Source: Octopus vulgaris (Eukaryota). From it: 64,000 nt of DNA. Below, in pieces: positions 1 through 12,485 of the stretch (position 1 is the first letter of the stretch; each line of letters opens with the position of its first letter). The position numbers were made by a program, and so were the translations under genes. The notes under the pieces are model-generated. The model had not been told where the DNA came from and did no database searches. It worked only from the letters and a program-made list of their open reading frames with translations. The DNA lies in contig OX597823.1 in the NCBI GenBank assembly GCA_951406725.2, positions 49,166,001 through 49,230,000 on the forward strand, given 5' to 3'.

Positions 1-268
1 AGCCTGCTCATGAAATTAACATGCAAGTGGCTGTGCATTCCACAGACACGTGTACTCTTACTGTAGTCCTCAGGGAGATTCAGTGAGACATGGAATGTGA
101 CGAGGCTGGCCCTTTAAAATACAGGTACTACTCACTTTTGCCAACTGAGTGAACTGGAGCAATGGGAAATAAAGTGTTTCGCTCAAGGACACAACAAGCC
201 ACTGGGAATTGAACTCACGACTTTATGATCATGGGCTGAACACCATAACCACTAAGCCACATGCCTTC
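1..268 (-). mobile_element. tRNA-derived SINE, family C (truncated by window edge)
   Basis: Minus strand reads A-box tggcttagtgg and B-box gagttcaattcc, then the body gtgtccttgagcgaaacactttatttc..ttgctccagttcactcag shared with about 9 other copies in the window. Confidence 0.8.
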
Positions 269-490
269 ATTTATGTAGATATATCTATTAATCAACACCA
301 GGCTGACTTCGGTTACTGAAAATGATTGTGCTGTGTAGATATTCCTAAAAAGGATTATGTTAGCAGAGTTAAGAAATGGGAATAATGAATTCAAGATTAA
401 ACTAATGTTATTTTTGAGATGAGGAATTCTGTACATTATTTACATTATTTACATTGGACAGATATGTGTCCTCATCTTCTTTGTTGTTAC

Positions 491-532
491 TACAATGTTT
501 CAGCTGATTTACTCACCAGCCTTCATCAGATA
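491..532 (-). ncRNA. Minimal type I hammerhead ribozyme motif
   Basis: Minus strand: tat CTGATGA a ggctg-loop-cagct GAA acat t gta. The core is intact; the stem III palindrome ACGT has decayed to ACAT. Confidence 0.65.
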
Positions 533-584
533 TCCAGGTAGTGTACTGGTTAAGAGTGCAGGCTAGTAACCCCAAGATTGAATA

Positions 585-603
585 AATAATAATAATAATG
601 ATA

Positions 604-684
<81 letters not shown>

Positions 685-695
685 ATAATAATAAT
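585..695 (+). repeat. Compound (TAA)/(TGA)/(GTA)n microsatellite
   Basis: Trinucleotide runs; source of the poly-M/poly-V start of ORF 598. Confidence 0.95.
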
Positions 696-1765
696 GACAA
701 AAAGTGACACAGACAGATTGTTTGTACCAAGAAAAAAAGGGGAAAAAGGACTTATTGGATGCAAACACAGCATTAGAACAGAAGAAAACAACATAGCATC
801 GTATGTAAAAAATGCCACAGAACTGCTATTATTAGAAGTAAGAAGGTCAGGCTTGTGTAGGATGAAAGATTGCAAAGATAAAGCCTTATACAACAAATTG
901 AAAACAAATGAAACTGAAAATAGGTGGATAAAGAAAAGAATACATGGTCAATTTCATAGAGATGTTGAAGATAAGACAGACAGAGAAAGATCGCTATGGA
1001 TGACTAAAAGTGATTTAAAACCGAAAATGGAGACTCTAATCTGTGCTGCCCAAGAGCAAGCACTAAGAACAAACTACATAAAATACAGAATAGACAACAC
1101 AGTAGAAAGTGATAAATGCAGAATCTGTGGACAAAATGGTGAAATGGTATGGCATATTACCAGCCATTGTATGCCACTAGCCCAGAAGGAATATAAGAGA
1201 TGCCATGACAATATAGCCAGGGTTGTCCATTGGACACTTTTCAACAAGCATGGACTTGACAGAGCAAAAAATTGGTATGACCACAAACCTGAAGGCATCT
1301 TTGAAAATAGAAATGCAAAGATCCTATGAGATTTCTTGATTCAGTGCAACCATGAGATAGAGAATAGGAAGCCGGACATAGTCTTAATTGAAAAAGAAAA
1401 CAAACTATGCTGGATCATAGATATAGCATGCCCAGCTGACAACCAGGTATGTGATAAGGAAGAAAGAAAAGTCGAGAGATATGACAGGTTAGCTTGGAAA
1501 GTTAAGCAGTTGTGGTCGATGAAAAAGATAGCAGTAGTACCAATAATTGTCGGAGCCCTGGAAACAGTGAGCAAAAATCTTGAGAAGTACGTGGATCAAA
1601 TAGGGGCTGCAATAAGGAAGCAGCACTTGCAGAAAACAGCACTGCTTGGAACCGCTTGAATACTCCGGAAGGTGCTCAAAAAATAAGAGGTGTTACCTTA
1701 GTTCACTGGTAGTGAACAGCTGACACTGTAGTACATCTTCAGTGTTAGAAGCCGTGCAAAGGCAA
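693..1765 (+). mobile_element. 5'-truncated R4/Dong-clade non-LTR retrotransposon (RT C-terminus, CCHC knuckle, restriction-like endonuclease), pseudogenised
   Basis: ORFs 598-1329 and 1336-1659 are in one frame: CRICGQNGEMVWHITSHC, YKRCHD, KIL*DF (W to stop), RKPDIVLIE..IIDIACP..ERKVERY, LLGTA*ILRKVL. A short 3'UTR follows, and (TAA)n flanks both sides. Confidence 0.9.
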
Positions 1766-1785
1766 TGATAATAATAATAATAATG

Positions 1786-1852
<67 letters not shown>

Positions 1853-1870
1853 TGATGATAATAATAATGA
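1765..1870 (+). repeat. (TAA)n microsatellite
   Basis: Long TAA run directly after the LINE 3'UTR. Confidence 0.95.
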
Positions 1871-1931
1871 CACCAACAAAAATATACCTTAGGAATGAGA
1901 ACCCAGGGTTGGGTTCAAAATTCTACCAGGA

Positions 1932-1973
1932 CACCTAATGAAGGCTGGAGAGTAAATCAGCCGAAACGTGGTG
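1932..1973 (+). ncRNA. Hammerhead ribozyme motif, decayed copy
   Basis: cac CTAATGA a ggctg-loop-cagcc GAA acgt g gtg. Stems I-III pair, but G5>A and a G at position 17 should inactivate it. Confidence 0.6.
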
Positions 1974-2074
1974 ACAACAAATAAGATAAGGACACATATC
2001 AATCCAATGAAAATAATGTAAAGATTAAACTGATGTTATTTTTGTCTTCATCATGTTGTATACAATATAGTATA

Positions 2075-2235
2075 CTGTATACAATGTTGTATGGTTGACA
2101 GACACAGGCTTCAAATGCAGAGGACTCGAGAAGATTGATATGAAATGAAGCGAGCAATACTCTGTTGGATGTGCAAGGTAAGTATGCAGAATTAGCATAA
2201 AGATGGTTAGTGAAAAATTGGGCTGGAATACAATT
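2075..2235 (+). mobile_element. Old RTE LINE ORF fragment
   Basis: Translates as MLYG*QTQASNAEDSRRLI*NEAS..LCWMCKVS, aligning with MLHSSETWAMTVEDMLRHKKNEASMICWMYNVS at 52885-53157. Confidence 0.6.
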
Positions 2236-2272
2236 TTTTCATTGATCTTACCTTAATGGAAAATTAAACTAC

Positions 2273-2310
<38 letters not shown>

Positions 2311-2311
<1 letters not shown>

Positions 2312-2462
2312 GGTGCAGGTGTGACAGTTTGGTAAGAAGTTTGCTTCCCAGTCACATGGTTCTGGGTTCAGTTCCACTGCATGGCACCTTGACCAAGTAT
2401 CTGGGCTGATCAAAATCTTGTGAGTGGATTTGATAGACAGAAATTGAAAGAAGCCTGTTGTG
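2311..2462 (+). mobile_element. SINE family A, 5' half
   Basis: tRNA-like head ggttctgggttcagttccac plus ggcaccttg core; matches the full copies. Confidence 0.75.
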
Positions 2463-2589
2463 TGTACCATCATCATCATCATCATCATCAACATCTGTTG
2501 TCCATGCTGGCATCGTTTCAATGGCCAGATGCCCTTCAGAATGCCAACCTCACCACTAACCTGTATATATATATATATATATGTATATA

Positions 2590-2778
2590 TATTCTTTTAT
2601 TCTTTTATTTCTTTCAGTCATTTGATTGTGGCCATGCTGGAGCACTACCCGGAGTCAAACAAATCAACCCCAGGACTAATTCTTTGTAAGCCTAGTACTT
2701 ATACTATCGATCACTTTTGTCGAACTGCTAAGTTATAGGTACGTAAACGCACTGACATCGGTTGTCAAGTGATGGTAG
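2590..2778 (-). mobile_element. SINE family A, 3' half
   Basis: tttcagtcatttgattgtggccatgctggagcac...cttgtaagcctagtactt-type segment shared with the full copies. Confidence 0.75.
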
Positions 2779-2781
2779 TAT

Positions 2782-3031
2782 TTCCACTGACAGCTTTTCA
2801 GTGTGTTCAAAAATCACATAAGCCCCCACCTCGAATTTTCCAAGACAGCTTAGGGCCTGAAATACTCCTAGCAAATGCATGTTGGTTAGTCAAATTAGCC
2901 TAGCATCTACTCCACAAATGTTTTGTTGTCAATGCTGCACTTTCCCATATCACCTGTTTCAACATAACTGTAATATATTATATATGAACTATGCCATTTT
3001 AATTCTGAGCAATGCCAGGTATCTCTGCTAG
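2782..3031 (+). mobile_element. Helitron 3' fragment (5' limit uncertain)
   Basis: Ends ctgagcaatgccaggtatctctgCTAG|t, matching the hairpin + CTAG terminus at 28628-28655. Confidence 0.5.
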
Positions 3032-3053
3032 TATGCATATATAGATATATTAT

Positions 3054-3340
3054 CACACTCACCGGTAAAATTTCCGCTTATTTCTTATTTTTTAAATTTT
3101 CTTAAAATTTTCGTTGCGTCTTGCAACCTTTACAATAGTCTTCAGTCAAGACTATTGAAAAGGTTGCAAGACACAACGAAAATTTTTGGAAAATAAAAAA
3201 ATAAGAAATAAGTGGAAATTTTACTGGTGAGTGTGTTACATTATAAGGCACAAAAAGAAAATGACTCTCACCAGACAAAATAGAATATGCTTCAACGCAC
3301 GAACTCATATAAAGAATCTTGCAAACCAAATCCAAAAACG
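3054..3340. mobile_element. Palindromic Penelope-like pseudo-LTR insert
   Basis: Arms 3054-3142 and 3148-3235 are inverted with a 5-nt spacer, and the right arm extends to 3340. A 13-bp direct repeat agatatattatca lies at 3043-3055 and 3341-3353. A second copy is at 15363-15563. Confidence 0.7.
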
Positions 3341-3607
3341 AGATATATTATCAGTTGCACATATAGGGTGTATGTGCTTTGTTTATACACCTATTTGCTG
3401 CAGAATAACATCCTGTGAAAGCTCACTACATGACACCAAGTGTTAGAGAGCCCTGAGTGTTCCTGATAAGGCAATACAACTGGCATTGAGATGATCAATC
3501 ATCTCGACACTATACCACAGCAAACAGGCACATATGCAAAACACACACTATGTCTATGCAAATGATAATTCTTAGATTATTAGAGCAGCTTTTAATTTGC
3601 AATTTAA

Positions 3608-3648
<41 letters not shown>

Positions 3649-3744
3649 AAGAGAGAGAGAGAGAGAGAGACTGTGATAGATATAAATGAATGTCACCATC
3701 ATGCAAGCAGTATCCTTATTCTCATGGGGAATATTACCTGGTTT

Positions 3745-3860
3745 AGAAACAGGTGAGGGTTGGCGATAGGGAGGGCATCAAATTGTAGAAAATTCACCTC
3801 AAGAAACTCCGTCTGTTCTATGCATGCATGGAAAATTGGACATTAAATGATAATGATACA
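3745..3860 (+). mobile_element. Degenerate RTE-type 3' tail
   Basis: gttggcgatagggagggcatc...catgcatggaaaattggacattaaatgataatgat. Confidence 0.6.
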
Positions 3861-3906
3861 TGCATATATATATATGTATATATATACATACACATACACG
3901 CACGCA

Positions 3907-3955
<49 letters not shown>

Positions 3956-3994
3956 AAATACAATACATATGTGTATGTGTATATATATATATAT

Positions 3995-4141
3995 AGGAAG
4001 GGCATCCAGCTGTAGAAACATTGCCAGATTAGACTGGAGCCTGGTGCAGCCTTCTGGCTTCCCAGAACCCCGGTCGAACCGTCCAACCCATGCTAGCATG
4101 GAGAACGGACGTTAAACGACGATGATGATGATGATGATGAT
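3995..4141 (+). mobile_element. RTE LINE 3' tail
   Basis: aggaagggcatccagc...cgtccaacccatgctagcatggagaacggacgttaaacga(tga)n, the same as the end of the RTE at 53670-53801. Confidence 0.85.
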
Positions 4142-4201
4142 ACTCCGGTATGCAGAATTCTTGACTGGTAGCACTGTCATGTGCAAGTTGTTTGCAAGAC
4201 A

Positions 4202-4202
<1 letters not shown>

Positions 4203-4246
<44 letters not shown>

Positions 4247-4446
4247 GTATGTATATATATATATACACATATGTATTGTATTTATACATATATATATATA
4301 TATATATATGAATGTATGTGTGTGTGTGTATGTATATATACACACAATCAGACATATTGATGTGTGTGTGTTTTTTGTGTTGGTGTGTATACATGTATTT
4401 ATATATGTATGTATGTGTTTTGTGTTTGTATATACGTATGCATGTG

Positions 4447-4480
<34 letters not shown>

Positions 4481-4643
4481 TGTATGTATGTATGTATGTA
4501 TGTACGTATGTATGTATGTACATATGTATGTAGGTAGGTAGGTAAGTATGTTTGTATGTATGTATATATATATATATAAATATGTTTATTATATAAATAT
4601 AAGTGAATGCATATAAGCATATAAAAATATTATATATATATAT
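4203..4643 (+). repeat. (TA)n/(TATG)n compound microsatellite
   Basis: Direct inspection. Confidence 0.95.
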
Positions 4644-5703
4644 AACCCTTACATTTAAAGATAAAGAAATTGATAGTAAAATAGCAACTTCTTTGATAAC
4701 AATAGTTACCTTTATATATTAGTTCATTGTATCTAAATACAGCAAGAAATATATAGTGAAGGTGATGATAAGTCTACCACGGAAAAATACTTTCTCTTGA
4801 TAAAATCAAGATTCCCTGTCTTCATATATATAATACATAAAGATGACAATCCAGATAGGAAAATACAGTTTTTACTTCATGTAGCTTACATTAAGATTAC
4901 AATCTAAAATAAGTGATCTTAGGAAAAAAAAAAAATAAAGCTTCTTTGAAATCTAGAATAATTAAAAATCAAAATATTATTTTAAAATATTTTTATTTTA
5001 ATTTTGAAAATTTTGAGAACATTTATTTAATAATATGTTTACAATTCATTTTTTCTTTTTTATCTTGAAGAAGTTCAATTCCTGTTTTCAGTTTAGCAAT
5101 TCTTCAAAAATTTGTTTTCAGTTTAAAAATTTAGTATTTTTAATGTATGGAGAGAGAAGTAAAATTGTATAAAATTATTTAAGTAACTTCTCTGAAAATA
5201 AATATTTATGATATTCTTAAAATTCAGAAGATTTTAATTAGGTGATTTTTCTACATAGTTTTCCCACAGTGAGGAAGGTTTTCTTATATTTTTGATTTTG
5301 TTAAATATTTCAGCTGGGACCCTTTAAATGTTATGTGTATTTGGCAGAAGTCAACATTAATTCATAAAAAATGCTTAGAAACTCTTCATTAATTCTTGAT
5401 ATTTGCTGAATTACTGCTTCCAAACCCTTCATTTGTCTGCTACAGAATTACTACTTACAACTCTTCATTTGTCTGCTGCTACTTTTGAAAGTTTTCAATC
5501 ATTATTGCTTACTAGAAGAAGGTTTACAGTAAAATCTAGTTTTTAGCTAGAAACAATAAAATGAACAGCATTTTGACTTTAAATTAATATTCTCCACACA
5601 TTATTCACTAGTATGGCAAGTTTATAGCTAATTCTTTGAATCATCATCATCATCATTCTCAACATCATCATCATCATCATCATCACCATCATCATTACTG
5701 ATG

Positions 5704-5740
<37 letters not shown>

Positions 5741-6374
5741 TATTTTCTTTTAGCCATTTGAGGGACCTTAATTGAAATGATTCTACTTTTAAGGAATGGC
5801 TCTTGACAGAACTTAATTTAGAAGATTATAAAATTTATTAGCTGGTGGGGCTTGTTAGAGCGGATGGGATAAAAGTACTTCTTATCACACCACAACTATT
5901 AAAGTAGCTTATCAAAGCCTCCTTTCAACAAGACTTGTTTGATTAACTCTACTTTTAATACACGATGAATATATGTTTAGATTCCAAACACATCTATGAA
6001 AATCTTTGAAAGATATTATTACAAAACAGTTAAAATGAAAACGATTTAAACTAGCTAAAAATGTAGGTGATGTTAAGAATCAAATATTTGTGTTTTAGTA
6101 TATAGTTTTCTGCATGAGTGTGAATGTGTGTATGTGTGTGTGTGTAAATGTGTGTATGTGTAAGTGCATGTGTGTGTTATGTGTATAAGACTATGTGTAT
6201 GTTTAATTTATCTGCAAAACAAGGGCACAAAAAGTAAAAAATGTTAAAAAAAATTTGACAAATTTTATTCAAATTAGCACTCCCAGAAATTGTCTTGTTG
6301 AATAACAATAACAACAATAACAATAACAACAGCAACAATAACAATAACAACAAATACAACAACATCGATATTAA

Positions 6375-7415
6375 TGATTTCTGATGTAAGTACAATACCA
6401 GCAATTTTAAGAGAAAGGGCTTCATTGATTATATTAACACCATTACACATCTGGAACTTAATTTTATCAACCTCGTAAGGATGAAAGGTAAAGTCAACCC
6501 TGGTAGAATTTGAACTCAAAATGTAAACAGTTGAAAGAAACACTTTAGCAGTTAAACCAGCTATATCTGGCCCAAATATCCTCCCTATATTATGTTCTAA
6601 CCAGTCAGATCCAGCCTATCACACTTACCCTTCATTGCCATTATAAAATATACAGTCACATCATCAAAATTTCAAAGCTACAAAATAATCTTTTCTACTC
6701 TAGGCACAAAGCCCAAAATTTTAGGGGATGGGAAGGGGGTGGGTAGTAGATTAGATCAACCCCAGTATGCAGCTGGTACTTAATTTATCGTCCCCAAAAG
6801 GATTAAAGGCAAAGTTGGCCTCGGCAGAATTCGAACTCAGAGTGTAAAGACAGATGAAATACTGCTATGCCTGTCACCTGGCGTACAAACGTTTCTTATT
6901 TCTTTATTGCCCACAAGGGGCTAAACATAGAGGGGACAAACAAGGACAGACAAAGGGATTAAGTAAATTACATTGACCCCAGTGTGTAACTGGTACTTAT
7001 TTAATTGACCCTGAAAAAATATTAAGGCGAAGTCGACCTCGGCGGAATTTGAACTCAGAACGTAGCAGCAGACGAAATGCTGCTAAGCATTTCTACCGGC
7101 GTGCTAATGTTTCTGCCAGATCACCACCTTAAAGCTACAAAATAATGCATGATTAATTAGAAACAATGAAAAACCATTACATTTGACAGTATAATCTGAA
7201 TACAAAAGGGCTAAGACATATTTTCTAAAGCTCCAACAATTCTGCTCGCTTGCTGCACTTTCAATAATAGTTTCTGATTTAGGCACAAGGTTAGCAATTT
7301 TGAGAGAGGATCTAACTGGTACCATCCTTCCCTGTTCTTGACTAGTACTTTAATTTTACCTACCCCCAAATAAATGTAAAGAAAAATTGACCTCGGTGAG
7401 ATTTGAAATCAAAAA
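6375..7415 (-). mobile_element. Cluster of four SINE family B copies, partly nested in a piggyBac-type MITE
   Basis: Repeated ctggtacttaatttatcg..aaaggatgaaaggcaaagtcgacctcggcggaatttgaactcag units near 6450, 6775, 6990 and 7340. MITE halves lie at about 6543-6690 and 7127-7213. Confidence 0.75.
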
Positions 7416-7417
7416 TT

Positions 7418-7617
7418 TCTCAATCACATAATTCCAGATTCATCCCCACTGCATGACACCTTGGGCAAGTGTCTTCTATTATGACCTCAGGCCAACCAAA
7501 GCCTTGTAAGTGGATTTGGTTGTAGGAAACTGAAAGAAGTTTGTTGTAAAATATATATATATATACAAATAACATATCCTTTAGCCGGTTACTATAACCG
7601 CTTACTCTGTTTACATT

Positions 7618-7658
<41 letters not shown>

Positions 7659-7884
7659 TTATGTGTGTGTCTTTGTGTCTGTGTTTGTCTCCCCATTGCT
7701 GACTGACAATTGGTTTTGGTTTGTTTATGTTCCTGCAACTCAATGGTTTAGCAAAAATTACCAATATAATAAGTACTAAGCTTAAAAAAAAGTCCTGGAG
7801 TCAATTTGTTTAGCTAAAACACTTCAATGTGTTGCTCCAGCATGGCCACAATCAAAATAACTGAAACAGATAAAAAAGAATAAA
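7418..7884 (+). mobile_element. SINE family A
   Basis: Head, accttgggcaagtgtcttct core, internal (TA)/(TG)n and ccagcatggccaca...ctgaaaca tail. Confidence 0.8.
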
Positions 7885-7999
7885 TAACAAATGGTATTTT
7901 CCCTGACAATCTAACAATTCTGCTAACTCACAATTCTACTCTAATGGTTTCTAATTTAAGCATGAAGCCTGTAATTTTGAAAGGAAGGGTTTCTAATAT

Positions 8000-8022
8000 T
8001 AGTAGTAGTAGTAGTAGTTGTT

Positions 8023-8067
<45 letters not shown>

Positions 8068-8102
8068 ATAATGATAATAATGATAATAATAATAATAATA
8101 AT
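8000..8102 (+). repeat. (AGT)n/(AAT)n microsatellite
   Basis: Direct inspection. Confidence 0.95.
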
Positions 8103-8107
8103 TATAT

Positions 8108-8305
8108 CCCTTCTACTATAGGCACAAGGCCTGAAATTTGGGGATGGGGACTAGTCGAATAAGTCAACCCCAGTGTCTCACTGGTACTTAATTTATTGAC
8201 CCCTGAAGGATGAAAGGCAAAGTCGACCTTGGTAGAATTTGAACTTAGAATTTAAAAGCAAATGAAATGCTGCTAAGCATTTCGCCTGGCATGGTAACAA
8301 TTCTG
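8108..8305 (-). mobile_element. SINE family B
   Basis: ctggtacttaatttattgacccctgaaggatgaaaggcaaagtcgacc central domain, resembling the Meta-type SINE core. Confidence 0.8.
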
Positions 8306-11050
8306 ATCTCTGCTTTAATAGTAATGATAATAATAATTCACTAAGCAAAAGTACTGCTTTCTCTGCATAAGATTTTTCCATGCTATTTCTTTAAGTGATG
8401 GTTGGCTAGTGGCATGAAAAGGGACGGTTTTGTTAGGTTTAGTAATGTTAAGTATTATCAGAAAGTCAGTTGCTTACAGTAGTGTAACTGGCATATATAA
8501 AACAGAATTTATTCTGCCTGAGAAAGATAATTTGTGACCTATATTCAACAAAAGTAAAGTAAAGTGGAGAGATGAAACAGAACATTCACATGTTCATTGA
8601 CATCAAAGATCATTAGGAAGAAAATTGCTACAGACATATAATTTGGATGTGTTATTTAACACTGTGCTACAACTGTTCAATGTTTTCCATATACTTAAAT
8701 TTGTTGTACCTAACAGGAGTAGGAAAACTATCCTCCCCAAGTTGCCCATATTAAAATATCTTCTTTTGAATTGCTTTATCTCTAATTCTTTTTAATTTTA
8801 TCTCAGTTTGCTTGTTATTTTAGATAATTAACAGTATAAACTCAGAAAGTGTAAAAAAAAATGTCTAATATAAATTTCATTTAAACAGAAAAAGAGAAAA
8901 AGGAAAAGAAGTGAATCAATGATATGGAAGAAAATTTAGTCAGCCACAATGATGTGGAAATAATGAGGATCTATGTTTAGCATCAAAATTCTATCAAAGT
9001 AGGAAAACTCTGAAGAACATATAAGAATACCCATAAGACTAAGAGGTACAGTTATAAAATAAATATTACACATATGCACAAACATGCATACACATGCTTG
9101 GAATATCCTAGCTAAGTTTTATGTTTGTAGTATATTTCTGTAAGCTTAAAAACAAGAGAAGAATGTGAGAACAACAAACAAAAGTACAAGGTCAATATAG
9201 TTATATTGTGGGGAAATAACAGAGGAGAATTTAACGTTTTGGACAGTGGTCTTTTGCCAATAATGGAAAAGAAAAAAAAAGGAAAAATGCTAAATGAAAT
9301 AAACAAAACAGTGTTTTTTTTTCAGTAAAGCAGCATATTGAATAACAGAATTGAAGTGAGCAGAGAGGTCATATTTAGAATTCTGGTTTTTTAGTCAAAA
9401 GAATGAGAGGTAAGGGAGATAAGTAAAGAAAGCATGGAAAGGTACAAGTTGTATAAGTATATGTAAACATTTTGTGAATGCTTAGGGGTGTATGAGTCAG
9501 CAAGTTGTGTGAGTATGTGTATGTTTGTATGTTTTGGAGAATAGATGTAGATCAGTTGTACTACTGCATGGGTGGTGTGATCAGAGCCTAATGTTGTGTG
9601 GGCCAGTGTGTCTACTAGGTGGGTAGTGAAGTGTGTATGATGAGATGAATGGGTTGTGTGCATCTGTGTAAGAAGAAAGGAGGGTTAACGTGCATGTCAG
9701 CGTTTATTGGTGTTTGTGTGTGTTTTAGTGGGTAGGCAGTGTTTTTAGAGGATAGTAACTCTATAATTTGAGCATGTAGGCATTTTGAAAATACCTTGCA
9801 GAATGACAACCATGCAATGCACAGTTATGAGCTGCTCCTTTGGCAATGATTAGCACCCATTCAGCCACCCTGTCAAGGATACAACAAAATCATGAAACTG
9901 CTACACAGTGGATTGTGAAGAGGTAGCAGAAGAGCTCAACTGAGCTAATGGTGCTTCTTACATTGATGCTGAGCAAAGGAATCCTAGAAGACCAACAGTC
10001 AGGATCACCAATCTCTATCAAGAGAGTAACAGCAACACATCCATAGGGGCAGTGTCCATGTAATCAGCTAATGAACGATTCACTATGGCTCAAGCTCCCA
10101 ATTCAAATTCATAATAATGGAACTGGATGGAAACAGAGAGTCATGGGAATCTGACAAAGCAGCAAAAGAAAAAAAGCCATATAATTAATACTTGTTGAAT
10201 TGATTGTGATTAATCAAAAAATTAATTATTTTTCTTAATGCAAATGGAAGTCTGTAGTTCCATGGAGTTTTACAATTCTGCAAACAGTGAGATAACAAAT
10301 TGGTCAGGTCTAGAAAACTGAAGCGACAGGACATTGGTTTATTTCTCTCTTTCTCTTTTGTCTCACAACTAACAACCATATCATCTAAACACTACATACC
10401 TCTACAGTATCTACTTCCTCCCCAAATTCTAAAAAAACTAATACCACTGATTGTTCTATTACTTTTACCTGCAACTGCTGCATAAAACTCCTTTCCAAAT
10501 ACCTCAATCAGTGCTTCTCACACTTACATCCATACTTCCATGTTACCAACCAGGCTGTTCAGCTATTCAACTCTTTCTCCTTCTCCTTCTCTCCTTGATC
10601 CCCTCCTTGATATTCTTCAACTTTACAATGTGACACTTCACTCTCCCATGACAATAAAGATCTCATCCTCAGATACTTCCTTGACTATTGCACTATGGAC
10701 CAAACCCAGCACCTCTACTCTCCTTCACTGCACTGAACTCATATTCACCTGCAACTGCTTTTCATTTTCCAGAGACTTCCACCTGAAGTTTACAAGAAGT
10801 AGTCATGAGACTACTAGTACTCAAATCTGTTTTTTTGTTACAGTGAAGCCCAAATCTTTACCAAATTTATACCAGTGAACTCATCACACAGCTGTATAAT
10901 CATCACACTTGCAACTGTACTAGTGATATCTCCTTTATTTGTGCACAGCATAACTCATAAATGCCTTCAACCTACGTTTTCTACTATGGTTTCAGGATGA
11001 CCAAAGCCTTGTGAGTGAGTTCAGTAGTTAGAAAGTGAAGGTAGCCTGTC

Positions 11051-11054
<4 letters not shown>

Positions 11055-11089
<35 letters not shown>

Positions 11090-11308
11090 AAACATATATA
11101 TATGTATATGTTAATATGTATATAGCAGTATGCATCTTGGATATTCCATTACCATGCTCTTGCAGACCACCTAGATAGCCAATGGATTTATATTATTATG
11201 CATATATAAATGAAAGAGTGTGTGTGTGAGAGAGAGAGAAAAGAAAATACCTCACTACTTAGCTGCACAGACAATCTATTGGACAGATACATCAGTAGAT
11301 AGATAGAT

Positions 11309-11357
<49 letters not shown>

Positions 11358-11377
11358 TACATACATACATACATATA

Positions 11378-11408
<31 letters not shown>

Positions 11409-11531
11409 CATTATATGTACATTATTTTTAACTTGTTTCTTATGTATATATATATAGAGGGAGACAGACAGATAGAGAGAGAGACCGAGAGAGAGAGAGA
11501 GAGAGAGAGAGAGGCAGACAAACAGACAGAC

Positions 11532-11590
<59 letters not shown>

Positions 11591-11595
11591 CAGAC

Positions 11596-11682
<87 letters not shown>
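11055..11682 (+). repeat. (TA)n, (AG)n and long (AGAT)n microsatellites
   Basis: Direct inspection. Confidence 0.9.
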
Positions 11683-11683
<1 letters not shown>

Positions 11684-12048
11684 TGATATTCATTTAGCAT
11701 ATAAGCTAAGATAAGAAATACACCATGGAATGGTTAGGAAATAGTAGGCTTGAAATGAGAATTGAAAAAGCAGGAAAAGTATTAAAATCTTGAGTAATAA
11801 GGGACAAATTGATAGGCTGCATAGAATGAGGAAATAGATGGATACATCATTAGATCATACATGTAATATAAGGAAGAAGATAGATGGAGCAGAGCTTTAT
11901 CTAGAGGAAGAAAGAGATTAATAGCGAGATAGGACACGAAGCTTCCGGAAATTGAGAAACGAAACATACAAGAGATAATAAAGGTAGTTATATTATTGAT
12001 TGTTAAATGACATAACACAGAAGGACATTTTAAAGTAAATGAGAGACG

Positions 12049-12049
<1 letters not shown>

Positions 12050-12082
<33 letters not shown>

Positions 12083-12485
12083 ACGCGTGTGCGTGTGTAT
12101 GTTATTGTGTGTGTGTGTGCTATTGAGTGTTTCTGCTATTGTGTGCTTATGTTATTTTGTATGTGTATGTGCATGTCTGTCGTGTATTATGTATGTGTAT
12201 ATGCATTAACACACTGACTAATACACTAATACACACACACACACATTAACATACAAACACACGTGTATGCTTGTGCAAGTCTGTATGTTATTGTGTGTGC
12301 GTGTGTGTTATGTGTTAGTAGTGTGTCTGTTAGTGTGTATGTGAGCTTGTGCATGCGTGTTTGTGTGTATGTTAGCGTGTTTGTGTGTGTGTGTGTGTGT
12401 GTGTTAATGTGTGTGTGGGTTAGTGTGCATGTTAGTGTGTGTGTGTGCTAATGTGTATGTGTTATTGTGTGTTAGTGTGATGTGG
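12050..12485 (+). repeat. Degenerate (GT)n tract with an internal inverted (CA)n segment
   Basis: Direct inspection. Confidence 0.9.

Larger units (their letters stand above)
417..2020. mobile_element. Penelope-like non-autonomous insert with inverted pseudo-LTR arms (hosts the Dong-like LINE)
   Basis: About 441-541 is the reverse complement of 1923-2020. The unit is flanked by a 24-bp direct repeat aagattaaact(a/g)atgttatttttg at 393-416 and 2021-2044. Both arms contain a hammerhead motif. Confidence 0.75.

Noticed and set aside
2102-2183. Apparent exon with a perfect AAG|GTAAGT donor
   Set aside because: Stops in all frames, and it aligns to the RTE ORF at 52885-53157.
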